IMG/VR virus record: IMGVR_UViG_3300009111_000004
Length of the DNA stretch: 64,000 nt
Source: an uncultured virus (IMG/VR IMGVR_UViG_3300009111_000004)
Taxonomy: Duplodnaviria > Heunggongvirae > Uroviricota > Caudoviricetes
Direction: 5' to 3' (one strand)
The notes beneath the pieces were generated by a model. It did not search any database. It saw only the letters and a program-made list of their open reading frames with translations, and had not been told where the DNA came from. The translations under genes and the position numbers were made by a program. This document shows, piece after piece, positions 49,717-60,969 of this stretch; position 1 is the stretch's first letter; each line of letters opens with the position of its first letter.

Positions 49717-51126
49717 ATGTCAATTTCTCGTAAAACCGCTAACGAATTCGCTACTGAACTTAAGGAAGCTGTATTATCAAGGAATAGTAGTTATGACACT
49801 GAGATTGGTCCAATCCCAGATCTGGTGATTCGTCCACTTGCTGGTGTTTTAGAATTACAGAATGAACGGATTCGTTCAGTTCAACAGTTATTGTCATTAA
49901 TAAATGATGGATCGTTTACCGATACCGATTTAGATAATTTCGTTTTTAATGAACTATTATTAAGATTGAGGGGATCACGGGCGCTTACGACCTTAGTCTT
50001 TTCTAGGGTAACACCACCGACAACAGACTTAGTGGTGCAGGCTAATTTTCCAGTTGCTACCTTAGCAGATGAATCCACGGGCGTTACAGTAACATTTTTA
50101 ACTTTGGCTCAAGCTACACTAGTAGCTGCTAATGCCTCTGCATATTTTAATCCAGATACTCAAAGATATGAACTATTAGTCAGTGCTCAGGCAACATCAG
50201 CTGCTGAGGCTGGCAATGTGGGTCCTAATCGTATTCGTCGTCCTTTGCGACCACTCAATGGATTTGATACAGTTTTTAACCGAGATGCTGCTATTGACGG
50301 CCGTAATCCAGAGACTACTGATGAATTAATTGGTAGATATTACTTATCATTGATAGGAACCTCACCAGCTACTGTAAATGGATTAAAGAAAATTTTACGA
50401 GATCAATATCCTACTGTGGAAGACTCAAATATTATCTATGGTAATAATCCTTTAAATGTGAGAGCATCAAGTGATAGTGGGGCGGTCGATATTTATGTTA
50501 TTGGGACCGTTCCAACTAATATTACAGAGAATATTATTTTTCCTGGTCCAGATCAGGTAATTATACTAGATCACCAACCTGTTATTGCTATTAATGGAGC
50601 TGGATCTTTCATTCAAGGTGTAGATTTTGTTTTAACAAAAGATACTAGTGGAATTAGTGGTAGTATTAGAGCCCAGGATGGCATCAAATGGTTGTCCACT
50701 GGAGCTATTCCCGCTATTGGTGATGTGGTTCCTGTAACATATACTTATAATGGATTGGTTCGGCAATTACAGGATGCCTTTTCGTCTGATGATTTGGTTG
50801 TTCCAGGACGGGATTTATTGTTTAAGGTAGCTGCTCAAGTGAATGTTACTATATCAGCGAATATTAAAATTCGATCTGGATTTAGTGTACCATCAGTTAC
50901 ATCAGCTATATCCTCAGCAATCTTAACCTTAATTAACGATAGCAAATTAGGTATGGATGTTGAAGGATCAGATATTCAAGCAGTAGTACGTGCATTTACT
51001 GGTGTTGATAATTTTGTTATTACAAATCTGGCCAGAGTTGGTCAGGTTGGGACTATCGACATACCAATTGATGATAACGAGTTTGCTAGAATGAATATAA
51101 TTGACTTGATTTTAACAGTGATCTAA
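49717..51126 (+). CDS. Baseplate J-like wedge protein
   Basis: GNVGPNRI, DGRNPETTDELIGR and GAVDIYV motifs. Confidence 0.85.
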   Translation: MSISRKTANEFATELKEAVLSRNSSYDTEIGPIPDLVIRPLAGVLELQNERIRSVQQLLSLINDGSFTDTDLDNFVFNELLLRLRGSRALTTLVFSRVTPPTTDLVVQANFPVATLADESTGVTVTFLTLAQATLVAANASAYFNPDTQRYELLVSAQATSAAEAGNVGPNRIRRPLRPLNGFDTVFNRDAAIDGRNPETTDELIGRYYLSLIGTSPATVNGLKKILRDQYPTVEDSNIIYGNNPLNVRASSDSGAVDIYVIGTVPTNITENIIFPGPDQVIILDHQPVIAINGAGSFIQGVDFVLTKDTSGISGSIRAQDGIKWLSTGAIPAIGDVVPVTYTYNGLVRQLQDAFSSDDLVVPGRDLLFKVAAQVNVTISANIKIRSGFSVPSVTSAISSAILTLINDSKLGMDVEGSDIQAVVRAFTGVDNFVITNLARVGQVGTIDIPIDDNEFARMNIIDLILTVI

Positions 51127-52025
51127 TGCCTCCGATAATTGTCCCAAATGAAGGGTTAACTACTGGTGGAGATATATATATAGTTAGTAACCTAAGTATT
51201 ACTAATGATGCATATAAAGATGCTTTCCCTGGTAGCAGTCTAGATCTAGGTAAATGGGTAGACATATCTACTGGAGGTGGATCGGTAGTAGTAAATAATG
51301 CAGCATTATTAACGGTTCCAGCCGCTGGCGGACTTGCGGCTATTTTTACTCAGGACACCTATAATAATTTTGATATATCAGTTACATTTGATTATAATAA
51401 TACAATTGAAGGCTTTAACCCGACAACTCGGATCGACTTTCTTCAGCTTATAGCTGACGCTGGTACTAAGAAGTTCATGGTAGCTCACATATGGGATCCA
51501 ATTTATGGGCCCGCTATTACTGTATCGTCACGAATTGGTGTATCCACCACCACATTAGTTACTAAAGTGGCATTAGGTTCAAGTCGTACCTTACGACTAG
51601 TGCGTTATGGTGGACGCATGCTAGCCTATGCGGGAGCCGTACTATTGGTAGATTATTCAGGATGGACTAATAACCCAGCTAATATACAGGTTTCTTCACA
51701 GTCTAATTTTGCTATAGCTCTCGGTATCACGACTACTGTTACTAACTACAATCCTAAATTGCTTGTTACGTTTGGGTCTGAAATTGGTCCCAATACTGAG
51801 GAGGGTAGTGGTCGAGTCTCTGGTTCAACCCCATCTATTAAACTGCCGTCATTAGTGGAGGTGCAGGTTCATGCTGTAAATTCCACAACGTCTTTAGGAG
51901 CCGATTCTTTCCAGTATAATTCGCCTTTACAATTAACTGTCTCTAACAACACTAGTCAATTAGTCATTAATGATGATAGTACTTTACGCGATGCATCCCC
52001 GATACTACCTGGATTACGACTTTAG
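51126..52025 (+). CDS. Baseplate-associated beta-sandwich protein
   Basis: 299 aa, translationally coupled, lectin-like composition. Confidence 0.6.
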   Translation: MPPIIVPNEGLTTGGDIYIVSNLSITNDAYKDAFPGSSLDLGKWVDISTGGGSVVVNNAALLTVPAAGGLAAIFTQDTYNNFDISVTFDYNNTIEGFNPTTRIDFLQLIADAGTKKFMVAHIWDPIYGPAITVSSRIGVSTTTLVTKVALGSSRTLRLVRYGGRMLAYAGAVLLVDYSGWTNNPANIQVSSQSNFAIALGITTTVTNYNPKLLVTFGSEIGPNTEEGSGRVSGSTPSIKLPSLVEVQVHAVNSTTSLGADSFQYNSPLQLTVSNNTSQLVINDDSTLRDASPILPGLRL

Positions 52026-52026
52026 T

Positions 52027-55000
52027 GACTATAACACCACCAGTTAATCGATATCGACAACTGCTAGCATCAGTACCTAAGGGTAATTTTTATGCGGCAG
52101 ACGGTCAAGTTATACCATATCGAGATATATCATATGAATTACGTTTAACTACTGGGGTATCAGATCGAGAATATGGTATATATGTTAATGATAAGTTTCG
52201 TGGTGTCACAACTACTAATGGGTCAGGATTAGCATTAGTACAGGTTTTACTTGATAAGGGACGAAATGATCTTAAATTGGTAGACTCAGTAACACAGGCG
52301 GTTATAACTTCTAGTCTAACTACACGGGATTATGCTACATGGATGGCTGCACAAGCACAGATCATTGAGGATCTAGATATACAAATTGAACAAGTACTCG
52401 CAGATTCATACTTAGCTACTTCTTCCATTGCTTTGATCGACCTAGTCTTTGGGCAAACTGTTCAGACTGGTAATGATTTTAGTTATGATTTAAATACATA
52501 TCGAGAATTATTACAAGAATTACGTGTAGCATATAGATACTATGGATCTACACTTGAAGGACTTGATCGGGTCGTTCGAGCATTTACTCAAATCAATCCA
52601 TTATTTTATCCTAGATCATTTGGTCCTAGTTGGATTTTAGGTGAAGATTTTTTATACCCACATACCAAGAAAGACCACCATTATCTTTATAGTACTAGTG
52701 CATTGACAGCAGTAAATTCGGGTGGGGCCGGTGTATCTGTGACATTCGTAGATCCATCGGTTGGTATCGGGTCCGGTTCCCTCAAGATCTATAGTAATTT
52801 ATCTCCTAAGAAGTTATCGTGGGAACCGCCTAACGGTAATGAAGGTCCTCAGGTAGATATTACTGCTAATGGGGATTATGTACTTTATGGCAGTAATTAC
52901 ATGGACTCAATTGATAGTCTTGAAGAATCATTTCAAATTGTTGCTGGACAAAATGATCAATTATCTTTAGAATTTGATGATCGCGGCATACTTATTGTGA
53001 CTCTTACTGCTGGAGCCACCCGAACTGCTGCTAATATCGTTGCTGACATCACCGCTGCTATTACGGCAGATTCTCGATATGGGGTGTCTTATTCAAGTGC
53101 TGTTAGTGTATCAGATTTTTGGGGGTCTGGCGTAGCTAGGGTCAGTTTGATTAGCCCAAATGCTGCTATTGGTGGTAGTGTAATGATTAGGGTACATTCA
53201 ATTGCTGACGCATCTCAAACTATATTTGGTGTGCCAGGTGTGCGCTCTGGATTAAATGTGCCAGTATTAGCCGGGGCATTAATACTACCATTAAATCCTA
53301 CTACAGATATGAATTATTGGCCTACTCCGACGGTAGATAGCCCAGTCGAATTTCTAATTGGCCAAGATGGGTATCACGCCGATAATGTTTCCGGTGGCGC
53401 CGTTACCCCTATTTCTCAAGAATTGGTTTTAGCGGTAGATATTGATCGAACCACTAAAACACTAACTTTAGCTACCGGTCTACTTACCAATCATAATAGT
53501 AATGAATTAGTCATACTAAGTAAAGAGCAAGCATTTCGTAGGGAAAGTATTATCAATGACCGATCTATTACGGTACATGTGACCGATTTTAGCTTACTGC
53601 CTAGTGGTGGACCTTTTACAGATACGGTTGTTATCAGTGGTTCAGGTGTAGCTAATGGGTGGATTTATGAAACTAATAGTGGGGCACCAGGTACCTCGGG
53701 CGGATATCCGAAGCGGTGTTATTTCAATCGAGATAGAGATTTTCCGTTCACCGTTGATGGAGATAGTCGAGTTTCTATTCCTATTCCTGACGATATATTA
53801 AATTATCGAGGATATACTGTAGTAATTTCGGTTTGGGGTAGAGAGGATCATCCGTCTTCAATCTTAACCATGACTACTCTTAATCAGCTTGGTGTATCCT
53901 TCGATAATCAAGTAAATTATACGATGTATGCACCAACCACAACTGGAATTGATATTGAAGCACAGTATCGACCGCTGCAGTATCAATTTGTTACGACTAT
54001 CCCCAATTCTGCAACCAAGATGTGGATGCGTTTAACCACTACTGCTGCAGGTACCGGGTTTTTTAATATAGCAAAGATTAGGGTGACTGTTCCAGTACAT
54101 AATGGTTTATATCTGGGAGAAGGTACTATCCCAAGAGACGAAACTCGTATTAATCAAGGTGGATTCACATTTATTTGGGGTCCTAACCAGTTGACCGCGC
54201 CAGAACAAGACTCGTTGGGGTTAACTGATAATGTTCAGTCTAAATTGGGGCATATCGATAAGATTATTCCTGCTAATCTTAGTCTTGATCGATTTGATGT
54301 GTCTGAGTATAACATTAATAATGATCCAATTAATATCGTTGGGGCTTTTACTGAGGAAGACTTTTTGGCTGGGACCCGTACCAATTTAGACATGGTAATT
54401 CGTACTCCTGCTCGATTTTCGTACCTACAACCTAATGTTATTAGTGAGATTACTCAGAATTTATCTTGGACCGGTGTTGGACCTTATTTAGCCACTCTTG
54501 ATGTTGTTGCAGATCAGGATATGTCCAGTGCCATTTTATTTGAAGATGGGGTACCAGTAACCCAGGATCAATGGCAATTTAATAATGGAACTCAAATACA
54601 GTTGCTTTATTCTCCTCTTAGTGTTAATTATGAACTCAGATATCAGGCTCTTATTCGTTTCGAGACAGCAGTAATCGATACACTAGAGAGTTACTCTAAC
54701 TATTTGTGGTTTGGGGACTTTCATGTCTTTTTGCGACCAGAAATCAATCCTCAGATTGTTAATGCTGCTAATGGAGTACAATTCGATAGTAATGGTATTG
54801 CTCGACTAACTGAGCAGGCAAATCCGGATCAAACTTTAGCTACTTTAGTCGAAGACACTGGTTTGAGTCAACGAATAGTCCCTACAAATGATTGGAGTTT
54901 TATTGATAATCAACGAATTCGAATCTCATCTATTGTCTTCCAACCTGCTGCGTTATATCAATTTTCTTATCAATCTAAAGTGAATTATCCGATCACTCAA

Positions 55001-55240
55001 GCTCATGCTAAGGTTGAGTTACGATCGGCTACATCTAGTGTGGCTGTTGGTAGTGCTATTTATGAGGAAATTAATCCTAATACAGTTATTGGTCATTCAT
55101 TTAGATACCATCAAATGCGGATTACCTTATCACGTGTAAGAGATATTAGGGATGCTCGCGTGCAATCCCTACTTTTAAAGGGATTGCATCTTTTCGAGTT
55201 CTTTAGTCCGGGTGGATCAGTACCAATCCTGCGACCATAA
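52027..55240 (+). CDS. Large baseplate wedge / tail protein
   Basis: About 1070 aa; FGQ...YRELL...STLEGL segment resembles baseplate I-like domains. Confidence 0.65.
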
Positions 55241-55326
55241 TATCTATGAACTTCAACTACGAACTATTATATCATGACTACTTTTAATGATTATAATACA
55301 CCGTTCGAATTTAATGGAGTCTAAAA

Positions 55327-58300
55327 ATGTCTAGTCGATCTTTATATCCGGATGGAGTAGAGGTACATTCTAGGCATTTAACTTATGAGAGCGAACAGCG
55401 GATTACCGATCAACTTCAGGGTGTGACCAACTCTACCACACGTGGAGTAATTGCTGGGTTAGCAATTACTGTAAACGGATCGGTTAATACGAAAATTGAT
55501 GTGGCCGCTGGTTATGGTTATGCTCCTAATGGCGAGTATGTGGTATTGGATACATCTCAGACTGGTGTATCACTAGCCTCTAGCACATTAGGCGTACTAA
55601 ATTATGTGTTGTTGATGTATGATGAAGTCAATTCGGCTCCTGAGGCACACGAGTCTAATGGGACGACCCAGAATACAAAGGCGGTGGTCACTCCACGTTT
55701 GGTCGTTTTAACTAGTGCACAATACTTAGCGCTACCCACCACTGATACGGTGTTATCCAATAACGCAAAGGATCGAGCACTTTTAGTTGGTATTGTGACT
55801 GGAACAGGAGGAGGGCTTACTAGTGGCGCTATCGAATCTCCTTCTGTTTTTAATACCGTCCTTCAGACTAATCAACCAACTAATATTACTGGTATCTCAA
55901 TTGTTACAGTTTCATCTGACACATTGGTAGGTACGGGGGTACTAGATTTCGATATTAGTACTACCTCTTTAACTTGGCAAGCACCAGGGGATGGATCTTC
56001 GGGTGCTCCCGTATTACTTACTGCTACTGGACTATATACTATAACATCATTGGGTGGGGCGACTTTACAGGTTGCAGTTGAGTTTTCCGTTCTTCCGATT
56101 ACTGATCAATCTGACCTTATTACGGTTGTTAGTCTTTACACTCAATCGATACCTCGATTCTCTGCTGAAGATTTTCAACATCGATCTAAAATTGGATCAG
56201 GTATTCCAACTGAAAATAATCCTCATGGAATGACTATTGAAGATCTAAGTCCTGGTGCGAGTGGATCCTTAGAAGTTCATCAAGATCTAGAACATGCTAA
56301 TGGTATTGTACGCACCTCTGCTACTTCTTTATTGTCAGCATCAGTAAATACAGCTCCAGCTCCTGATAATATTAGTTTAGTTAACTTTGCTCCTGGAGAT
56401 GTAGTATATATAAATGGTAAGAAAATTGAATCTCTTGCTTCATCTTCAACCGTAGCTTTTGGCGACGGTTCTGCTGAGGCCGGAACTTATGGAATTTTCT
56501 TAAATCAAGATACTACTATTTTTAAGCAATTAATTGCTCAATTCCCCAGTTCTAGTAGTTTATCAGATAAGGTACAGATTTTAGATGTTGTGGATATGGG
56601 TGCTGGTAATTATAATTTAACTTGGACTAATGCTGGCGGCGGGTCGTTGTCATGGGATTTAGGCCCATCTGTGGTAGCTACTTCCATCGATCATATTATT
56701 CGATTATATAGTCAGAATCGATTAGGTTATATTGATGTATATATTAAGGGCGGGGCTACACCGGGATCACCACAAACTGATTTAATTACAATTCCAGCAT
56801 CTGTTACTATGGACGAAGTTCTACCGTTAGTGAATGTACCTTGGTCTGGTTCTGCATCAGGATTTGTAGGTTATGGATTTGGTGCTTCTAATTCTCCTAA
56901 TGGTGTGTTTGATAAGAGACTATTTGGAACTTTAAGTATTCAGGAGACTCGTGAAGATGCGGGTATGATTGATGCCGCTCAGTTAGAGCTAGACCTTCTT
57001 GGAGATGGATTGGTCGTTCGATCGCGTACACAGTCGGGGACCACCAACAATGAGGTTAGTGTATCCTCGGCGCTTGCGGATGCGTTTGTTATGGGAGCTT
57101 TGGCAGCAGGGCCAAGCATCACTATAACAGGTGGATCGGCTTATCTTGATGGTCATCGTCTAGAAGTCGTAACCACCACTTTGAACTTAACTGATAACAC
57201 TACTAATCGTATCTATCTCAATGCAAGTGGACTAATTATATCATCTACTCTATCTTGGGCGAACATTATTGCTGGGCAACTAAATGATCCAATTCTACGT
57301 CTCTATGAAGAGGTTATTTCTGGAGGTTCTGAAACCTCTCGTGTAGATCTGCGAGAGTATGTCGGTCATAAACGTGACGCAGCGATGGGTGTAGTAGCCC
57401 TTAATGTTAATAAACAGGCAACTATTGGGGCAACGTCTGGTGTATCTTTAACTATCACTGGATCAGGATCGTCTGCGAGTCAACCTAGTTTATCTGTTGT
57501 TGGTGGTACTAATAGCGGTAAGGCCGCAGACTTTATTGGCGGTACTCCTAATGGATATGGGTTGACAGCACTAGGTACTGGTACTGGTAATGGTATTGGT
57601 GCTACTGGTGGTTCGTCAGGTGGAACTGGTGTAACTGCTACTGGAGGAGGTGGGAATAGTGTTGGTTTAGATGCACTAGGCACTGGTACTAGTGCTGGTA
57701 CTTATACTGAGGGCGGCACCACTAGTGGCCCAGGACTAATAGCTCAAGGTGGTGCACCGAATGGTGATGGATTACAAGGTATCGCTGCTGGTACCGGAGT
57801 TGGACTTAAAGGTACCGCATCTTCTACGGCTGGTAGTATTGGCGTATATGGAGTAGGGGCTGGAAATAACCCAGGGGTAAAAGGCTCAGGTGCCGGCTCG
57901 GGCGCTGGTGGCACATTTATAGGTGGTAGTTCAACCGGAGTAGGATTGACTGCAACCGGAGGTTCCTCAGGGGCAACCGGCATAACTGGTATCGGTGGTG
58001 GTGGAAACTCGATTGGTGTTAATGGTACCGGGACTGGTACCGGGGCAGGGGTTAGTGGTACTGGTGGAACAACTGGCCCAGGAGGATCTTTCTCCGCAGG
58101 TACTGCTGCGACAGGCGCCACTCCTCAAAATGCTGCGATATTGACTAATGGTAATTTGGCTCTTGATGGAGCCGAACCAAATGCTACTGTAGGATTTACC
58201 GATAAGCTTACTCCAATAAATATAGTTAAAGCTTGGGCCTACATCTATACTGATGGTGCTGGTAATGTGAGTATTACTGATGGGTTTAATGTGACCAGTG

Positions 58301-58554
58301 TATCAGTGAGCACTCAGACCGTTACTCTTACTATTGCTGACAATATGGTCGATTTAAAATATGGTGTGGTTTTTGGTGGCGGGTCAGCTCAATTGGGTGG
58401 TGGTATTATATTTCCATATGAGAAAGGCAATCTACGTGCTGTAGGCACCATTGGTATTGGTGCATTCGCATTGTCTTCAGGACTATCACCAACCCAAGTA
58501 GATTTTAGTACTGCCCAGACTGATTTTAGTGTATGGATTATTGGACGGCAATAG
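55327..58554 (+). CDS. Tail fibre / receptor-binding protein with Gly-rich repeats
   Basis: 1075 aa; G-x-G-x-x-A-x-G repeats at about 57480-58120; last gene of the tail operon. Confidence 0.8.
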   Translation: MSSRSLYPDGVEVHSRHLTYESEQRITDQLQGVTNSTTRGVIAGLAITVNGSVNTKIDVAAGYGYAPNGEYVVLDTSQTGVSLASSTLGVLNYVLLMYDEVNSAPEAHESNGTTQNTKAVVTPRLVVLTSAQYLALPTTDTVLSNNAKDRALLVGIVTGTGGGLTSGAIESPSVFNTVLQTNQPTNITGISIVTVSSDTLVGTGVLDFDISTTSLTWQAPGDGSSGAPVLLTATGLYTITSLGGATLQVAVEFSVLPITDQSDLITVVSLYTQSIPRFSAEDFQHRSKIGSGIPTENNPHGMTIEDLSPGASGSLEVHQDLEHANGIVRTSATSLLSASVNTAPAPDNISLVNFAPGDVVYINGKKIESLASSSTVAFGDGSAEAGTYGIFLNQDTTIFKQLIAQFPSSSSLSDKVQILDVVDMGAGNYNLTWTNAGGGSLSWDLGPSVVATSIDHIIRLYSQNRLGYIDVYIKGGATPGSPQTDLITIPASVTMDEVLPLVNVPWSGSASGFVGYGFGASNSPNGVFDKRLFGTLSIQETREDAGMIDAAQLELDLLGDGLVVRSRTQSGTTNNEVSVSSALADAFVMGALAAGPSITITGGSAYLDGHRLEVVTTTLNLTDNTTNRIYLNASGLIISSTLSWANIIAGQLNDPILRLYEEVISGGSETSRVDLREYVGHKRDAAMGVVALNVNKQATIGATSGVSLTITGSGSSASQPSLSVVGGTNSGKAADFIGGTPNGYGLTALGTGTGNGIGATGGSSGGTGVTATGGGGNSVGLDALGTGTSAGTYTEGGTTSGPGLIAQGGAPNGDGLQGIAAGTGVGLKGTASSTAGSIGVYGVGAGNNPGVKGSGAGSGAGGTFIGGSSTGVGLTATGGSSGATGITGIGGGGNSIGVNGTGTGTGAGVSGTGGTTGPGGSFSAGTAATGATPQNAAILTNGNLALDGAEPNATVGFTDKLTPINIVKAWAYIYTDGAGNVSITDGFNVTSVSVSTQTVTLTIADNMVDLKYGVVFGGGSAQLGGGIIFPYEKGNLRAVGTIGIGAFALSSGLSPTQVDFSTAQTDFSVWIIGRQ

Positions 58555-58987
58555 CCTGATAAGTAACTGTGATAGGTTCACTATATTTACAATCTAAATC
58601 CAGCGCTCGGCCAGTTCCGGTACCAACGATTTTATTTGTAGATTCTCTATAAACAAAATCCAATGATTGATAGTCGAGAGTGACCTTACGACACCAAATT
58701 AAATCTATTGGGAAGCAGGTCATAATCCCATTCCAGGTAACCACGGCCCGAGCAACTTTATTCTGGCCCTCTAGGGCAAATTGATCATTCTGACTTAGAC
58801 ACATTCCAGTACCGACATATGATCCGGTATCTGATACGGAGGAGATAGTCAAGACTGATTGATAGATTAATGAATCATGCTGCGGTAGCATCACCACAAT
58901 CTTCGTATTCCAAGATCCAAGAAACCTAGGATCTAGAGTCGGTCCACAACCTACTACTACCATTACTACCATTACTGTCCATTTCAT
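58538..58987 (-). CDS. Lipoprotein
   Basis: GGAG RBS, then MKWTVMVVMVVVG|C lipobox; beta-rich with Cys residues. Confidence 0.7.
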   Translation of the reverse strand: MKWTVMVVMVVVGCGPTLDPRFLGSWNTKIVVMLPQHDSLIYQSVLTISSVSDTGSYVGTGMCLSQNDQFALEGQNKVARAVVTWNGIMTCFPIDLIWCRKVTLDYQSLDFVYRESTNKIVGTGTGRALDLDCKYSEPITVTYQAIAVQ

Positions 58988-59050
58988 ATGTTCTCCATTG
59001 TTACAATGTTCAATAATAAACATTGTTTGCGCTTAGCGCCATCTATCAAT

Positions 59051-59066
59051 TGCAAGCCGCGAGCCG
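59051..59066 (-). promoter_or_regulatory. sigma54-type promoter
   Basis: Minus strand CGGCTCG-CGGC-TTGCA upstream of the lipoprotein gene. Confidence 0.65.
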
Positions 59067-59239
59067 GCGAAGGTGTTTAGATAGATAATATGACTACTAA
59101 TCATTATGAGTCATTATTGTATAGGTAGGATCTAATTATTAATATGCTCAATAATTAATGGGCGGTCGCATTGTGAATGCAGTATGAAGTAGTTGGTCTA
59201 TGTATTGTGTTCTAGTTCACTTTGGAAGATAGGATAACT

Positions 59240-60529
59240 ATGGAATTAACATTGGTTAATGTTATTGCAGATATTGAAAAGGTTGCAAAAGAGAATAATA
59301 TTGAGCCAAGCGAGATGACTATTTCTCAATATTCTAAATATGGTGGTCATTTTGATGGTCGACTACTAAGAAAGATTGGTGGTTTCCAAGCTATTATTAA
59401 TGAGGCTTATAGGGATCAAATTCATTGTGATTTTAATACCAAGCAATATCTAGACAGACGCAGAAACTATGTTAATAAATTGGAGCGTCAATTAGGGGAC
59501 TGGAACTATCTTTTGCGTGAATTTGAACACTCTTGGACAAGAGTGTTCAATGAGGTCGGTCCAGTTTATGTTTCTAAGTTGACGAAGCCCTCTCTACCTA
59601 AGGCTTATAATAAGGAACGTCAGAATGTAGCGTTTGTCTCTGACTTACATCTCGGCTTGCGCATTGATCCAGAAGAAGTTGGTTCAAATAAATATAATTG
59701 GCAAGTTGCGGCTCGGAGACTTGGTAAGTATGCGGAGCAAGTGGCTACATATAAGATTGTTCATCGAGATGAGTGTCCAATTCTTCGTTTATGTCTTGGT
59801 GGTGATCTTGGACAGGGCGTGATTCATCCAGATTACGGAACTGATGAAATTACACGTCAGTGTTATGGGATTTATCTATACTTGGCGAGTATGATTGATT
59901 ATTGGAGGCATCATTATCAGCGAATTGAGGTAGAATTTACTCCCGATAATCATATGCGGATGCCGCATCGTGGCCCAGATCGAAATTTTACACAGAAATA
60001 TGATAGTTTTGCCACTATCGGAATTCTTCTACCTCTTCAAGCTGCATTTCGTGGAATGGATGATGTTGTTTTTCATCCGACTAAGTCTGGTATATCTACT
60101 TTTGATGTATTGGGACATAAATTTGGGATGACTCATGGGGACACGCATATTTATGCTGGAAACGTAGGGAAATCAGTTGACGTAAAGAATATTGCGAATG
60201 AGATCTTAAAGTTAAATGCTGCTCAAGTAGATCATCGGCCCTATGATGCTATGCTCTTAGGACATGTTCACACCCCACTTTTCATGTATTTGAATGAGGC
60301 AGATACATTTTTAATTATTAATGGATCTGGTAGTGGATCTGATGGGTATGCAGTTTCACAAGGATTTTTTCAGGGACGGCCTCATCAGATAATTTTGGAA
60401 TCAACTGTACAATATCCTGTAGGAGATCTTCGTATGGTCGCGCTGGATGATGCAGATAACGAGCCCAGGTATGAGAAAATTGTTCCAGTGTATAAGTATG
60501 GACTAGAAATACCTAAGACCACCAAGTAG
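59240..60529 (+). CDS. Calcineurin-like metallophosphoesterase
   Basis: SDLH, GGDL, DNH, THGD and GHVH motifs. Confidence 0.85.
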   Translation: MELTLVNVIADIEKVAKENNIEPSEMTISQYSKYGGHFDGRLLRKIGGFQAIINEAYRDQIHCDFNTKQYLDRRRNYVNKLERQLGDWNYLLREFEHSWTRVFNEVGPVYVSKLTKPSLPKAYNKERQNVAFVSDLHLGLRIDPEEVGSNKYNWQVAARRLGKYAEQVATYKIVHRDECPILRLCLGGDLGQGVIHPDYGTDEITRQCYGIYLYLASMIDYWRHHYQRIEVEFTPDNHMRMPHRGPDRNFTQKYDSFATIGILLPLQAAFRGMDDVVFHPTKSGISTFDVLGHKFGMTHGDTHIYAGNVGKSVDVKNIANEILKLNAAQVDHRPYDAMLLGHVHTPLFMYLNEADTFLIINGSGSGSDGYAVSQGFFQGRPHQIILESTVQYPVGDLRMVALDDADNEPRYEKIVPVYKYGLEIPKTTK

Positions 60530-60548
60530 CTGAATCAGTAAATACGTT

Positions 60549-60572
60549 TGAGGCCGCCCTTGGGCGGCCTCA
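60549..60572. terminator. GC-rich hairpin; probable bidirectional terminator
   Basis: tgaggccgccc-tt-gggcggcctca between convergent genes. Confidence 0.75.
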
Positions 60573-60596
60573 TGATTATTAAGAATCTAATTAAGT

Positions 60597-60788
60597 TTAA
60601 TAAACCAATAGTCGTCCATGGGATTCAATCCAACGTGTGGCGACATCTATAGAAGATCCGTCCGGACGTAAACAATGCCATCCTAGATAATTAGGATCAT
60701 AATCAGCATTTAAGCATGGTTTATGAATAATTAATTTGATCTCTTCATTATTAAGCGGTATCAACCAGATTTGACCAATCTTAATCAT
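60597..60788 (-). CDS. Small paralogue family protein 7
   Basis: MIKIGQIW...IKLII...RPDG. Confidence 0.65.
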   Translation of the reverse strand: MIKIGQIWLIPLNNEEIKLIIHKPCLNADYDPNYLGWHCLRPDGSSIDVATRWIESHGRLLVY

Positions 60789-60969
60789 CTAATAATCTAC
60801 CACATTCAATGATATGTCCGGTAAAATATAAAGTAGTACCAGTTGATGATACGCATTGATAATAACCTGGATAATATTCATCTTCTATAATTATCTTTAC
60901 ATAGATAGCGTACTCATCCATATATTGACCAAGTAGATCCACTTCCCAGACTTGTCCAGGTTTAATCAT
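60781..60969 (-). CDS. Small paralogue family protein 8
   Basis: MIKPGQVWEV...VKIII. Confidence 0.65.
   Translation of the reverse strand: MIKPGQVWEVDLLGQYMDEYAIYVKIIIEDEYYPGYYQCVSSTGTTLYFTGHIIECGRLLDD

Noticed and set aside
57480..58121. Pro-rich antisense ORFs
   Set aside because: Mirror images of the Gly-rich codons of the tail fibre gene
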